Of a stretch of 32,519 nucleotides of DNA, positions 23,101 to 32,244 are shown one piece after another. The notes under the pieces were generated by a model that saw only the letters and a program-made list of their open reading frames with translations, was not told the origin of the DNA and made no database searches. Source of the DNA: Catajapyx aquilonaris (lineage: Eukaryota); the NCBI GenBank assembly GCA_000934665.2, contig KZ539131.1, positions 1 to 32,519 of the forward strand. Reading direction: 5' to 3'. Every line of letters starts with the position of its first letter. Within the stretch, counting starts at the first letter, position 1. A program made the position numbers and the translations under genes.

Positions 23101-26100
23101 CAGGGACGTTGCTTCTATGGTCCATCGTCCTCCTTCAGCTTTTGGCTCCACATCTGCAAGCTGGCAGTGGGTGACAAGGGGTGGCACTTTCCCACAGAAT
23201 GAGGGAAGGTTGACCATATCCTCAAGGTCTACTCCACCTTTGTTGCCAAAATCCATGTATTCTATAGTCAAAGGGTCCATGGAGATGACCTTAGCTCTGC
23301 ACCACCCTCCTTCACATCTGGCTGCAACCATATGCCCACAATGAAGACCAGCTGGATCAAGGGATGGCATAGAGCTGCACTGCTGTTCCAACACAGCAGT
23401 CATGGCTTTAAGGATTTCTGCATTGCTTGAGAGCTGCACCCAGATATCCGAAGGGGAATCAAAATGTGCCAGAGTGCAGCTCAACTCTTCGCCCTCTTTT
23501 GGTGAAAAAGCAGCAGGTTCATCAAATGACCTAGGGGACTTATTCCTCGGCTCAGGCCCAGATTCAGTATGTCCTTTAGCATCTGTATTGGAAGGCTTAT
23601 CCTCCAGCATCTCTGGCTCCTTGTAACCCTTCTGTGTATCACTTTTTTGGCAATGGGATCCACCCTGTCCTCCGTAAGTGCCATTTTGCTTGGGTCCCTG
23701 CTGCTCACATCCTTCTGTTTCATCATTGGTGTAGTCTGTTTGATCAAGTCCTTGCAACTTGCTTGGTCTGCTGCCCCTGTAACCCACAGATTTACCCCTT
23801 AAGTGTCCATGTTGTTCATTCCCATCCTGAAAGCCTCGGGTGCCATCCTTCTCACAGCTTCCATCCCTATGGTCACTGCTGTCCTGAGGCCGACTGCCAT
23901 CATGTTGAAAGTGGCCGCTGCCGCCACGCTGTCCTCCTTGCCTCTTCAGATCATTCTTTTCACCCCTCATCTTGTGGGAGTCTACCCCAGCCCAGTCACC
24001 CTCATTTCCATTTTGACGTTCACCATATTTGGGGCGATAGCCTTGGTTACCACCATGACTCCTGACTCTGAACAATCCATCACCATCCCTCTGCTGGAAA
24101 TAATCTCTCTTTCCTTCACTTTCATAGTGCTGGTAGGCCTTCCTGCCATGCTCAACACTCATATTCATAAGCTGCTCTTGACCTTTCTCCATATTGCAAG
24201 TGCTCGGGTTTGAAACACTACTCATCTTGTTAAAGCTGCCATGACCTCGTGGGCTCCTTCCCATCTGGCCCCGTGGAGAAATGCAGTGAGGAGAGGACCA
24301 CAAGAGACTTCTAGCATCTTCAGCAGATGCTTGGGTTCCCCTCTCAGGTTCCCTGGTCAGAATAAGTACCATTAGTCCATTACTGACTTGATTCAATTAT
24401 TGTGTACATTTTTTTTTTTTTCAGTTTATTTGGGTTATTGATGCTCACCTGTCTTAGAAGAGCAGACTTGGATTTTGCACTTTCTTTTAGGGGAATGGCA
24501 TGAGAACATGAGAAGGCAACAACAAAACCATAAAGTAGTCTTTAGCAGACTGCAGTAGTAAAAGATAAAAGGCATTTGAAACTTCAATGTTTCTTGAACG
24601 CATATTATGGCAATATCAGGAACTTTTTACAGGAATAATGCAGGGTTGAGTCAAAAGAGAGTGAACCAGTAAATTGCATATCAACCTAGTTATAAGTAGA
24701 GAATGGATTTCTAGGTTTTTACCTACTCTTTATTCTGTAGGCAGAACACTGGAACCAAAATATCTATTCGTTTCATAACACAAGGACCTCAAAAATCGTA
24801 GTTTTATAGAACCTAAAGTTGGGGCATTGGGACTGTTTTCAGGGCCTAAATGCCTACCTGTTTGAGGGTTTTTTAGAACCTAAAAATACATTCCTTAGTT
24901 ATAGGTCTAGGAAAAAAAGTTGCTAAAATTGTGATAAGCTATAATCTACCTGTGGACCAAAGGTTAAACCTGATTGGCCAGAGGTCTACATCAGAGGTCC
25001 AGAAAGGAATTCTAACCAGACCCCTTAAGGGGGGGATAAAGAGAATTTGGGAGTAAAGTTCTCGCTAACTAACAACAGCAGAACCGATTTTTTTGGGTGT
25101 GTGAGTGTAACTGACCTCTCTCTTACACATGCGTGATGTACTTTTCCCATATTCTTAATGTAGTATTTTAAAGTCATTTGCATTCGGGAGTAAATTAGCC
25201 GTCGTACAATTTTAAGTGGTTTCGTAACAAGCACCAAAAAATGTGGAAAAATGAGGTGCTCCGGACCCATGAAGTCGATTTTTATATTTAGCTAGGGGGA
25301 GACGAAGTGGCGCCGCGGTAACGTGCGTGCCCACGGATGTTAAGGTCCCGGGTTCGATCCCAGCCCGGGGACACCCCCTTCATCTCGTGCAGAGTTCAAG
25401 GTCACCTCTGGCTTTGTCTCTGGTGGTATTTCCTACAGACTAAACCACCCGGGGGAGCTCACTAAAAATGGCCACACGTCAGATGCACTGCACTTGCACA
25501 TCCCCTCCTGTCATCCTGCCTGTGGGCCCGGGCGCTTCAATAATAGGATTCCCAGAATTGTACACCATTACAATAAAGGTCTGGCAAAAAACCCCTGTGG
25601 GGTTAGCCAAATACCCAATCAATTAATTATATTTAGCTATAACCTTAGCAAATAATAATTTTGTCAAAATTTGACTGATTTGAGAACTACTAGAAGTTGG
25701 AGGAACCTTAATTTTCACGGTTTTTATTGTGCCTAGAGGGAATGGTCAACCGCAAATGCGACCTTTCTTTTGTGTAGCGAGGGTGGGATCCACTGTCTCC
25801 TCCTTCGGCCAGAGTCAGAACTCGAAGATTATCCTTATCCCCCCCCCTTATCATGGCTTGCAGATGTCGAATTTTCTGCGCATTTTTGCATGCATGGATT
25901 TTTAAAGCCATTTCACATTCATTCAATTGAAATTTTTGATCGTAGCACATTGAACTGAGGTCTAAATACACAATGTCATCACATTTTAATTGATTAATAA
26001 ATAACAATGTTAAATGTAGTTCAGCAAAGTGTAGCAATTTCTGAAAACGTACCCGAGATATAAACATTTTAAATTCGTGACAAATTTTTCGTAATTAATT

Positions 26101-27787
26101 TCAATGCAGTCTTTGGGTTTGTGTGGTCCCTCAGGTTCATCATTAAAATTAATGTCCTGCTACGTAACAAATTAATGTAGTGATGGCAGTTATTACTATG
26201 CCCCACAGAAATTCACTGTCCAAAGTGTAATCATATTTGTTTCAGTTGTTAACTGTCAAATTAACTTCATTTTGGTGCCATCCTAGCTCCATTGTTACGA
26301 TTCATAATAAATTATCAATGGGGAAGTAGCCTTCATTTTGAAAACTACATAATAAATTCGCCCATATTTTTTGGATTTTTTTGGCGTATTCCGTTTTAAG
26401 ATATCAGTTTCAGTTCCGGAGATATTGGCGTTTTTTCGTAGGCAAATGGTGACGTCACTGTTTGCCTCGAAAATGTTGACGTCACGCGAAGTGAAATGAA
26501 CGCAAAAATGGTGTTATAGAACGCTCCCCGTCATTGTTGTAAAATGCTTCGCTGTTGTTAGCAACTGTCCCATTCCGTGAGCAAGATAGCGGCCGGGGCG
26601 CGTATTTATTCCAGGCCGCTGAAATCGCTTCTGGGCTGACAGTGGTGCCAACTGGTAGGAATTATCGGCACATGAAGGCCCCTTTTCTCCACCTCGATGG
26701 CCTACAGTCGCCTTGCGAATGCTTTCCGTCGTGTCGGCGGTTAATTCAAAGTCAAATTCCTCATATCTCGCAGTCAACCAGGCATTTCAGTGTACCCTTT
26801 CGATTGCCACCACCCGGCCGCCCCGTTTTTCCCGCCAATTTTGAAGGCACTTTTAAATGTGCCGTAATTTATCCAGTAATGTCATTTTGATGCAACAGAG
26901 TGATGGAATGTATGTTTACAGGCATGGGCTAGCTAGTTATGAACAAAAATCCCAAATCCCAGACCAAGGCTACTTCCCCATTCTATTGTCCAGATAATCT
27001 TAACGGAGATATTTTATCACATTTTGTTTACTACCCCACCCCTCCACTTTTTTGGGTTGGGGCGCGCATAAACTACGGATTTGGGTAAGGTAGTATAAAA
27101 CATCAACTCCCAACTATTGAACCTTTCTTGATTGCACTCCAGCAAGTTAGTCCTGTAGTTGCACGCCTTTCAAATGGTACTTTTTAAAACATATGTTCAA
27201 ATAATTACTTACTTGCCAGGGCACGTTTTCTGGTGTATCCTCCAGTGCGCTGTCTGGCATTGCCTATCACAATACCAGCCGTGGCAAACCTTCCAGGCAG
27301 CGCAAACAGTTTGACCATCTCGACCACAATTCAGGCATGGAAGTGTTGGGACCTCCAGAGCAGGCACTATTTCATGGCCAGTGACAGTCAAGTTCATGCT
27401 GCCCCTCATGGACTCAACAGACATTCTTGATGCATCTCGCTCGCTGATGTTGTCCTCATTATTCGTGATGGACCTCCTGCTGTTGCCTGCGCCTTGGCTG
27501 TTGAATGGTGTCCTACATTGTGATGTTTGGCCAGATTGCTCCTTCTGTTGTGTATTCTGAGCATAGCTGTTGTCATAGCTGCCCTTCTGAGGCTTTGGCA
27601 TCTTGAATGTCACGTTCAGAGGAATAGAAGACTCATCAAACCGGTAGCCATGCAGCTTTTCAAGCGCCGCCTGTGCATCTTCACGGGTACTGAATACGGC
27701 AATGGCCGCCGTTTGGTTGCGTTGCATAATATAAACTCCGCTTGGTTGACAGAAGGTTACCCTTTGAATAAGGTTGGTTAACGCTAT
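13954..27787 (-). CDS. Tudor-domain protein, Vreteno/TDRD1-like (RRM + MYND + 4 extended Tudor domains); six-exon model, 5'-partial, 1312 aa
   Basis: Six ORF segments join via canonical GT-AG sites with intron phases 2,0,1,1,1. Exon lengths 575+1303+958+456+414+233 = 3939 nt, with no internal stop and ending at TGA 13956-13954. Domain motifs are recognisable in the translation. The start exon was not found in the window. Confidence 0.9.
14312..14725 (-). CDS. Exon E: Tudor domain 4
   Basis: Acceptor TTTTTTCAG|AC (phase 1); donor G|GTAGGT at 14311. Motif PVVGELCLYVGEDNSLYRGVC...ILSIDFGG. Confidence 0.88.
15025..15354 (-). mobile_element. tRNA-derived SINE, family C, with 14-bp TSD, intronic
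   Basis: B-box GGTTCGATCCC on the minus strand; (AAAT)n tail. TSD AACATGCAAAACTT at 15011-15024 and 15355-15368. Head shared with the 25295 copy. Confidence 0.88.
15386..15841 (-). CDS. Exon D: Tudor domain 3 core
   Basis: Follows an 85-nt intron. Acceptor TTTCTTAG|CT (phase 1); donor A|GTGAGT at 15385. Motif DDVVACQILPEGYYRAAVKSV...VEVKLVDTG...F.DVPP. Confidence 0.88.
15927..16884 (-). CDS. Exon C: end of Tudor 1, Pro/Lys linker, Tudor 2, start of Tudor 3
   Basis: Acceptor TTTTACAG|AGA (phase 0); donor G|GTTAGT at 15926. Motifs GEVVFAKSPVYHWNRAFV, VIYIDYCNEE, VRLTCFERSNTVYL. Confidence 0.9.
16975..17021. repeat. Short hairpin, probable MITE remnant
   Basis: GACGAGCGAAATCTTCGC...GCGAAGATTTCGCTCGTC perfect 18-bp stem. 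Confidence 0.75.
17082..17305 (+). repeat. Cluster of six CGACAAAT direct repeats
   Basis: Copies at 17082, 17153, 17175, 17227, 17270, 17298; variants near 17350 and 18017. Confidence 0.8.
17512..17835 (+). mobile_element. tRNA-derived SINE, family A, full length with 16-bp TSD
   Basis: TSD GAAGACTCTATACATA at 17496-17511 and 17836-17851. Head GGTGTAGGGGTTAAG...GACTGCTAATC...GGATCAAATCC; AT-rich/poly-A tail. Confidence 0.88.
18184..18593. mobile_element. Right end of a piggyBac-like non-autonomous element with ~137-bp internal repeats
   Basis: Ends AGTCGTCAAAGGG|TTAA. Unit CACATGGTCATTTT...GGTGCGTTTTTCATCCCTTGG...GAATTTCAAGAA occurs at 18283 and 18420, with an inverted partial copy near 18197. 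Confidence 0.55.
18664..18760. repeat. Near-perfect ~46-bp-arm hairpin
   Basis: TATTTGG..AGGTTGCTGCTGTGCTATCTATAAT / ATTATAGATAGCACAGCAGCAACCT..CCAAATA. Confidence 0.85.
19209..20060 (+). mobile_element. SINE family B copy split by an insertion in its A-box
   Basis: Head GGGGGAGGTGCAGTGGCCGAGAT at 19209-19231 resumes at 19700 as TGGCCGAGATGGTAACG. The body aligns with the 4178 and 31.6-kb copies; (AAATAAT)n tail at 20022-20060. Confidence 0.8.
19232..19699. mobile_element. Unclassified 468-bp insertion with 10-bp TSD
   Basis: TGGCCGAGAT duplicated at 19222-19231 and 19700-19709; no clear TIR or poly-A tail. Confidence 0.7.
20592..21568. mobile_element. hAT-like non-autonomous element with 8-bp TSD
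   Basis: TSD CTGGGTAT at 20584-20591 and 21569-21576; TIRs TAGGGTGGAGCGAAAAAAA / TTTTTTTCGCTCCACCCTA. Confidence 0.88.
20611..21231. mobile_element. Nested palindromic element with ~270-bp arms, left terminus missing
   Basis: 20611-20879 is the reverse complement of 20928-21195 at high identity; a putative right terminus GGAATGACCC lies at 21222-21231. Confidence 0.75.
21872..21996. mobile_element. Left end of an hAT-type MITE running into an N gap
   Basis: CAGTGGCGGATCTAC-G-run...C-run architecture typical of such MITEs; no partner TIR visible. Confidence 0.4.
23050..24352 (-). CDS. Exon B: Gly/Gln/Arg/Asp-rich low-complexity region plus extended Tudor domain 1
   Basis: Acceptor TTCTGACCAG|G (phase 2, completes AAG); donor GTG|GTAAGT at 23049. 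Tudor motifs LAHFDSPSDIWVQ, GHMVAARCEGGWCRAKV, IEYMDFGN, PPLVTHCQLADVEP, WTIEAT. Confidence 0.9.
25029..25847. mobile_element. Kolobok-like non-autonomous element hosting a SINE
   Basis: TTAA|GGGGGGGATAAAGAGAATTT...AGATTATCCTTATCCCCCCCCC|TTAT. Confidence 0.6.
25295..25626 (+). mobile_element. tRNA-derived SINE, family C, with 13-bp TSD
   Basis: B-box GGTTCGATCCC; GGATGTTAAGGTCCCGGGTTCGATCCCAGCCCGGGG identical to the 15025 copy. TSD TTATATTTAGCTA at 25282-25294 and 25627-25639. Confidence 0.85.
27213..27787 (-). CDS. Exon A: partial RRM (helix 1 onward) plus MYND-type zinc finger
   Basis: Acceptor TTTATTACAG|ATAGCG (AG at 27789-27788); donor AA|GTAAGT at 27212. RRM: IALTNLIQR...AAIAVFSTREDAQAALEKLHGYRFDESSIPLNVTF. 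MYND: CLNC...C...C..WYCDRQCQTAHWRIHQKTC. Confidence 0.88.
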
Positions 27788-28013
27788 CTGTAATAAAGGA
27801 ACAGTTGACTATCACTGCAATGCGGTAGCCCTCTCAGATATTCAGATATTCATGCTAAGACTCACTGCAGTGCAGCATTCTCATAGGTATACATGGTTAC
27901 ATAATGCACCTTACATGTAATTTTAACCCCATAATATTCCAGCCAAAATAATGGCACTGGCTGCAGAACAAAAATTGACAAAAATCAATTGGGGGGGNNN
28001 NNNNNNNNGGGGA

Positions 28014-28051
28014 AGAGAGAGAGAGAGAGGGAGAGAGAGAGGGAGAGAGAG
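28014..28051. repeat. (GA)n microsatellite beside an N gap
   Basis: Direct reading. Confidence 0.9.
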
Positions 28052-29097
28052 GGGTGTGTGTTACATCAACTGCAGGTCAATACATATACATGAAATGGAT
28101 ACACATGAAAATGGATGGTAGGTACCGTACATAAACATTGACCCAAACGTAATGGAAAAATCATGGAAACATAATTGATATGGAGGTGATGGGGAGATGG
28201 ATGGAGCCCTTTGTGCCGGTGTGACTGTGGGGCTTTGGAGTGACCGCACCAGAGCTGTCCTATGTTGTGGCCCTGCCAGGCAAGGTCCGTCACATTGCCA
28301 GATGATTTTTGTTAGTTGCGAGCATAGCGAGCTGAGAGGGTATTGTGGGTTGTGTATCCACTCAAAAATACTGTCCGTATTTGTGCGCCACAGGCCAATG
28401 TTATTGTGGCTTGGCCGATCGCCAATAGCTGGAATGTGCTTGGCAAAGCCACAATAACATTTGTTTCTTTTCTTCAAAACTGCTATGAACCGGCTTGAAA
28501 TATACAAATACTGAGCGATTTATTATTTACTTATGTATTTAATATTAGTTGTATTTTTTCCCCCGTCCTGTAAATCGATGTTATATGTATGGGAGTGGAG
28601 CCCCCCAAATACCCTGCAAAAAAACATTTGTTGCCCTGCAGCGGCACAAGACAACCAGTATTGTTGGGCAGATACGCAACCCACAATAAATTATCACTCA
28701 GCCACTATGCTCACAACTAAAATTATCAGCGGGACAGAGTGTTATTGACTATATCACCGTTTCGGAAGGCTTACTATCGGTTGTACAAAATTTTTGTGTG
28801 TTAACATCATCAGTTTCCCTTTCCTATTCACGCGGACTTGATGTTTCCCGTAACAGGGACACCATATCAGGCTGTTGAAATTCCCCATTCATCGAATATT
28901 AGAAAAATCATTGCCTTACCACAACAAGCGTTAAACTTTTTGACTGACACTATTGAAGAAAGGGATTGGATTACAAAATTTCTATCAGTTCCGGTTGTAC
29001 AACGGACCGCGAAGTTCCAGTTGATGGCTTATGAGTTACTCGAAGAGTCTGGATGTATTCTCACACGGTAATGAGGATTTAGATCGGAAAAACTATA

Positions 29098-29655
29098 CAG
29101 GGTGGACCAACTTCAAGTGTCGTTTTATAACGGCTATTAATAGAAGCACTTTACGATTGACGTAGCAGCGACGGGTAAAATGGCCCACTTCAGCGCCATC
29201 GAAAATATTAGCTGCCAAAAGCAGCACACATGTAATGAATCCTGTGCAACCACATGCCACATGCGGCACCAATGCCAATCCGGCAGTCCTTCAAGAAGGC
29301 TGCCTCGCCCGCGCAACATGCGGTGTAAAACAGGGCACGTGCGGTGCCCCCTAACCACCAACCAAGCAATGCCCAAACCAGCATTCGATCAGCAAGACTG
29401 CAGAGCATTCAAACAGGTACTCCTCAGGGTCGCAGAGAAACCACGGCCTATTAGAAGGGCCAACCAGACCGTCCCCGCTAACACACATTTGTCCCCAGCA
29501 GCAGGGTTGATTACATGTGTGCTGCTTAGTGCTATTGGCAGCTAATATTTTCGATGGCGCCGAAGTGGGACATTTTACACGTCGCTGCTACATCATCGCA
29601 AAATCACTGCTATTAATCGCCGTTATAAAACGACACTTGAAGTTGGTCCACCCTG
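29098..29655. mobile_element. Tc1/mariner-like MITE (CAGGGTG termini, TA TSD), ~135-bp arms
   Basis: TA|CAGGGTGGACCAACTTCAAGTGTCGTTTTATAACGGC...GCCGTTATAAAACGACACTTGAAGTTGGTCCACCCTG|TA. Confidence 0.9.
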
Positions 29656-29657
29656 TA

Positions 29658-29790
29658 TTGCGAAGAGGAAAATGTTCTGGAATTGTAAATCTGTGAAAAG
29701 GAAAAGATATTTCTCGACGACCCTTCAAGAGCTGATGACTGGCAAATCATCTCAGACCTTTTGGAACATGATTAAGGCCCATCGACCACA
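29658..29790 (+). pseudogene. Possible LINE ORF2 endonuclease-RT linker relic
   Basis: KSVKRKRYFSTTLQELMTGKSSQTFWNMIK resembles the K..Y...(K/T)FW..IK linker motif of non-LTR ORF2; interrupted on both sides by MITEs. Confidence 0.3.
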
Positions 29791-29817
29791 TGTTCTCCCC
29801 CACAGATTGGACCTTAA

Positions 29818-31472
29818 AGGGACACTCCACTCAAAATACAAGTTGGCCTCTAAAAATCAGGCAAGGAATCCTGATTCCGAGAATGCGATCCGTTTATCTC
29901 TGAGGCGAACGGTAATGACTGGGGGACATACGAAAGTCGGAATAAATTCGACTTCTGATCGAGCGTGGAGCCGCCCACCTAACCCGCGGCCACCGGGGGA
30001 AGTTGGGTACTCGCCACCTGGCGGCTGCCTGAGGAAGTTGGAAATTACTCCCCAGCAGCGCGAGTTTGAAATGCAGTTCGGGGTCGCTGCCAATGCATGT
30101 TGTCACCGAGGTTTTACTTTCCGGACCTTGCCTTTGCTTGGCCCCTAATTGTTTACGGGTGGACTACATCTGTTGCTCCCGCATCAGATCCCCATGACCA
30201 AACGCCCGGAGGGAACGACTGGAAGACGACACATGTTTATGTTTAGCACTTCGGCAGGGGGGGTTTATCATTTCTGGCCTTCCAGTCCGGCATATCGAGG
30301 CGGGCTTGGAAGCAAGTAGCATCATGGGCAAGAAAGGCAAGGGTGGTGTCCCGGTCTGTGTTGTTTATTTGTAAGCGCCATAGGAAACGGTTGGAGCGAG
30401 TGACGTATTTCGTATTTCCTTGCGAATGTCAGGATTTGATGCGGCAATGGCGAGAAGCCTTGAATTAGCCACCAACGTATACACCCATGTCAAGTCATCA
30501 GGTGTGCATGGATCACTTGCACAGGTAGTCGCTATTTCCCTAGGGGCCATCCATAAATTACGTAACGCTGATTTTCGGCTTTTTTGACCCCCCCCCCCTA
30601 CCCCCATGTAACGCATAGTAACGCCGAGTCAGACCCCCCGTACCCCCATGTAACGCGTAACTTACGTTATGAAATGGCATTTACCAATTAATTGTATTTA
30701 AATTAGGGTATTACGTAACGGTCGGCCGGACCCCCTCCCCATTGTAACGGCATGTCACGCTGGCGTCGACNNNNNNNNNNNNNNNNNNNNNNNNNNNNNN
30801 NNNCCCCCAGTGCACATCAGACATGGAAACCAGCACCTGAACATCCACTGTTGATGTGTCCAATACTGATGCACAGGTATTAATGTTTCCTCAGCCATCG
30901 AGCCCAGCAATGACCATGTTTGACATATCTCCTGATGCACCTCTTTTCCCCAGTGCACATCAGTTTGAGAATAGCAGCTAAAATGTGTTTGGGCCGAACA
31001 TTTTGCTAATGGCTCCGTTTCAATGACTTAATTCCAATATGAAGCACTATTGCGACTAAATTGGTGTATGCGGGAGCAACAGATCTAGTCCACCCGTAAA
31101 CAATTAGGGGCCAAGCAAAGGCGAGGTCCGGAAAGTAACACCTCGGTGACAACGTATGCATTTGCAGCAGCCAGTAATATCCGACCCTGAACTGCATTTC
31201 AAACTCGCGCTGTTGGGGAGGAGTAATTTCCAACTTCCTCAGGCAGCCGCCAGGTGGCCGGGGGAGGTGTGGGCGAGACTGGAGGGGCAGCGGGTCTGTG
31301 GCCGGGGGTGGGGTCGCCGAGACTGGAGGGGCAGGGGGTTTGCAGACGGCCTACTTTGAGATTTATTTCGCGGATTACCGTTCGCCTCAGAGAAAAACGG
31401 ATCGCATTCTCGGAATCAGGATTTTTTGCCTGATTTTTAGAGGCCAACTTGTATTTTGAGTGGAGTGTCCCT
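29818..31472. mobile_element. Longer Kolobok/T2-like palindromic element (TTAA TSD), same termini as 966-1471
   Basis: TTAA|AGGGACACTCCACTCAAAATACAAG...CTTGTATTTTGAGTGGAGTGTCCCT|TTAA. Arms ~29818-30185 and ~31068-31472; spacer contains an N gap. Confidence 0.85.
30543..30770. mobile_element. Left part of a nested MITE (GGGGCCATCCATAAATTACGT terminus)
   Basis: Terminus followed by repeated GTAACG/TTACGT motifs; right end not visible before the gap. Confidence 0.5.
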
Positions 31473-31502
31473 TTAAGATATGGTGGGATTACTTGGTAGG
31501 GT

Positions 31503-31541
<39 letters not shown>

Positions 31542-31564
31542 TATTATTATTATTATTATTATTA

Positions 31565-31612
<48 letters not shown>
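31503..31612. repeat. (AAT)n/(ATT)n microsatellite formed by abutting SINE tails
   Basis: (ATA)n at 31503-31540 switches to (TTA)n at 31541-31612. Confidence 0.9.
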
Positions 31613-31951
31613 TCACTACCCCTTGCTCAGTACATTACGTCCTGCTTCGGGGGGTGGCATACCACCATCAGTTTTCTATATATATTTTCCACTTCAATCA
31701 CCGGTGCAAGGAAACAAGGACAATGGGAAAGGATAGGGATTTTTGGGGAGGGAACATGGGTGCAAGGTGCAATGTCGTAGCTAATGGGTCATGTGCTGTT
31801 CCCCAGGAGGTTAGGTTGCCAGACACCTCCTTGGTGCAGGTCAGAGACCCTCCTGACGCAGGTGAAAGGAAAGTTCCCCAGGCGGGGATCGAACCTGGGG
31901 CCTTTCACTCAGCAAGCCGAGACGTTACCATCACGGCCACCACACCTCCCC
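31541..31951 (-). mobile_element. tRNA-derived SINE, family B
   Basis: Body nearly identical to 4178-4531; (AAT)n tail on the minus strand. Confidence 0.88.
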
Positions 31952-32244
31952 TAATAATAATAATAATAATAATTCATACCCCGTTATCAGCCGGTGGCTC
32001 TTTAGGGGGGATTTTTTTATTATTGGAACTCTTCGTTTCGTTTTTACTGCGCTTTTTGGGATAGGATAGGAAAGGAAGGAGGCGGCTGTGGCCTATTAGT
32101 TTAGGAAACAACTCCGGAATTCTCCTGGAGGAACCGTGGGAAACCACAGAAAACCACGGTTAGAGTTGCCGGCACCGGGATTCGAACCCAGGACCTCCCG
32201 ATTAGCAGTCGGATACCATATCCCCTCCGCCACCACTGCTTCGG
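31952..32244 (-). mobile_element. tRNA-derived SINE, family A
   Basis: Reverse complement of the 2381 copy plus a 3' CCCCT...ACGGGGTA-(ATT)n tail. Confidence 0.88.

Noticed and set aside
23117..24213. Plus-strand ORFs opposite exon B (also those opposite exons A, C, D, E, F)
   Set aside because: Antisense shadows of the real coding exons.
26449..26486. Two TGACGTCA (CRE) palindromes in an intron
   Set aside because: Such motifs are common in DNA-transposon remnants; there is no independent sign of a promoter or enhancer.
28061..28507. 148-aa minus ORF beginning LYISSRF as a candidate RNP2 exon
   Set aside because: The sequence after the motif is not RRM-like and there is no suitably placed phase-0 donor.
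31480..32064. 194-aa ORF with poly-Ile/poly-Tyr
   Set aside because: Translation of an (AAT)n/(ATT)n microsatellite plus an antisense SINE.
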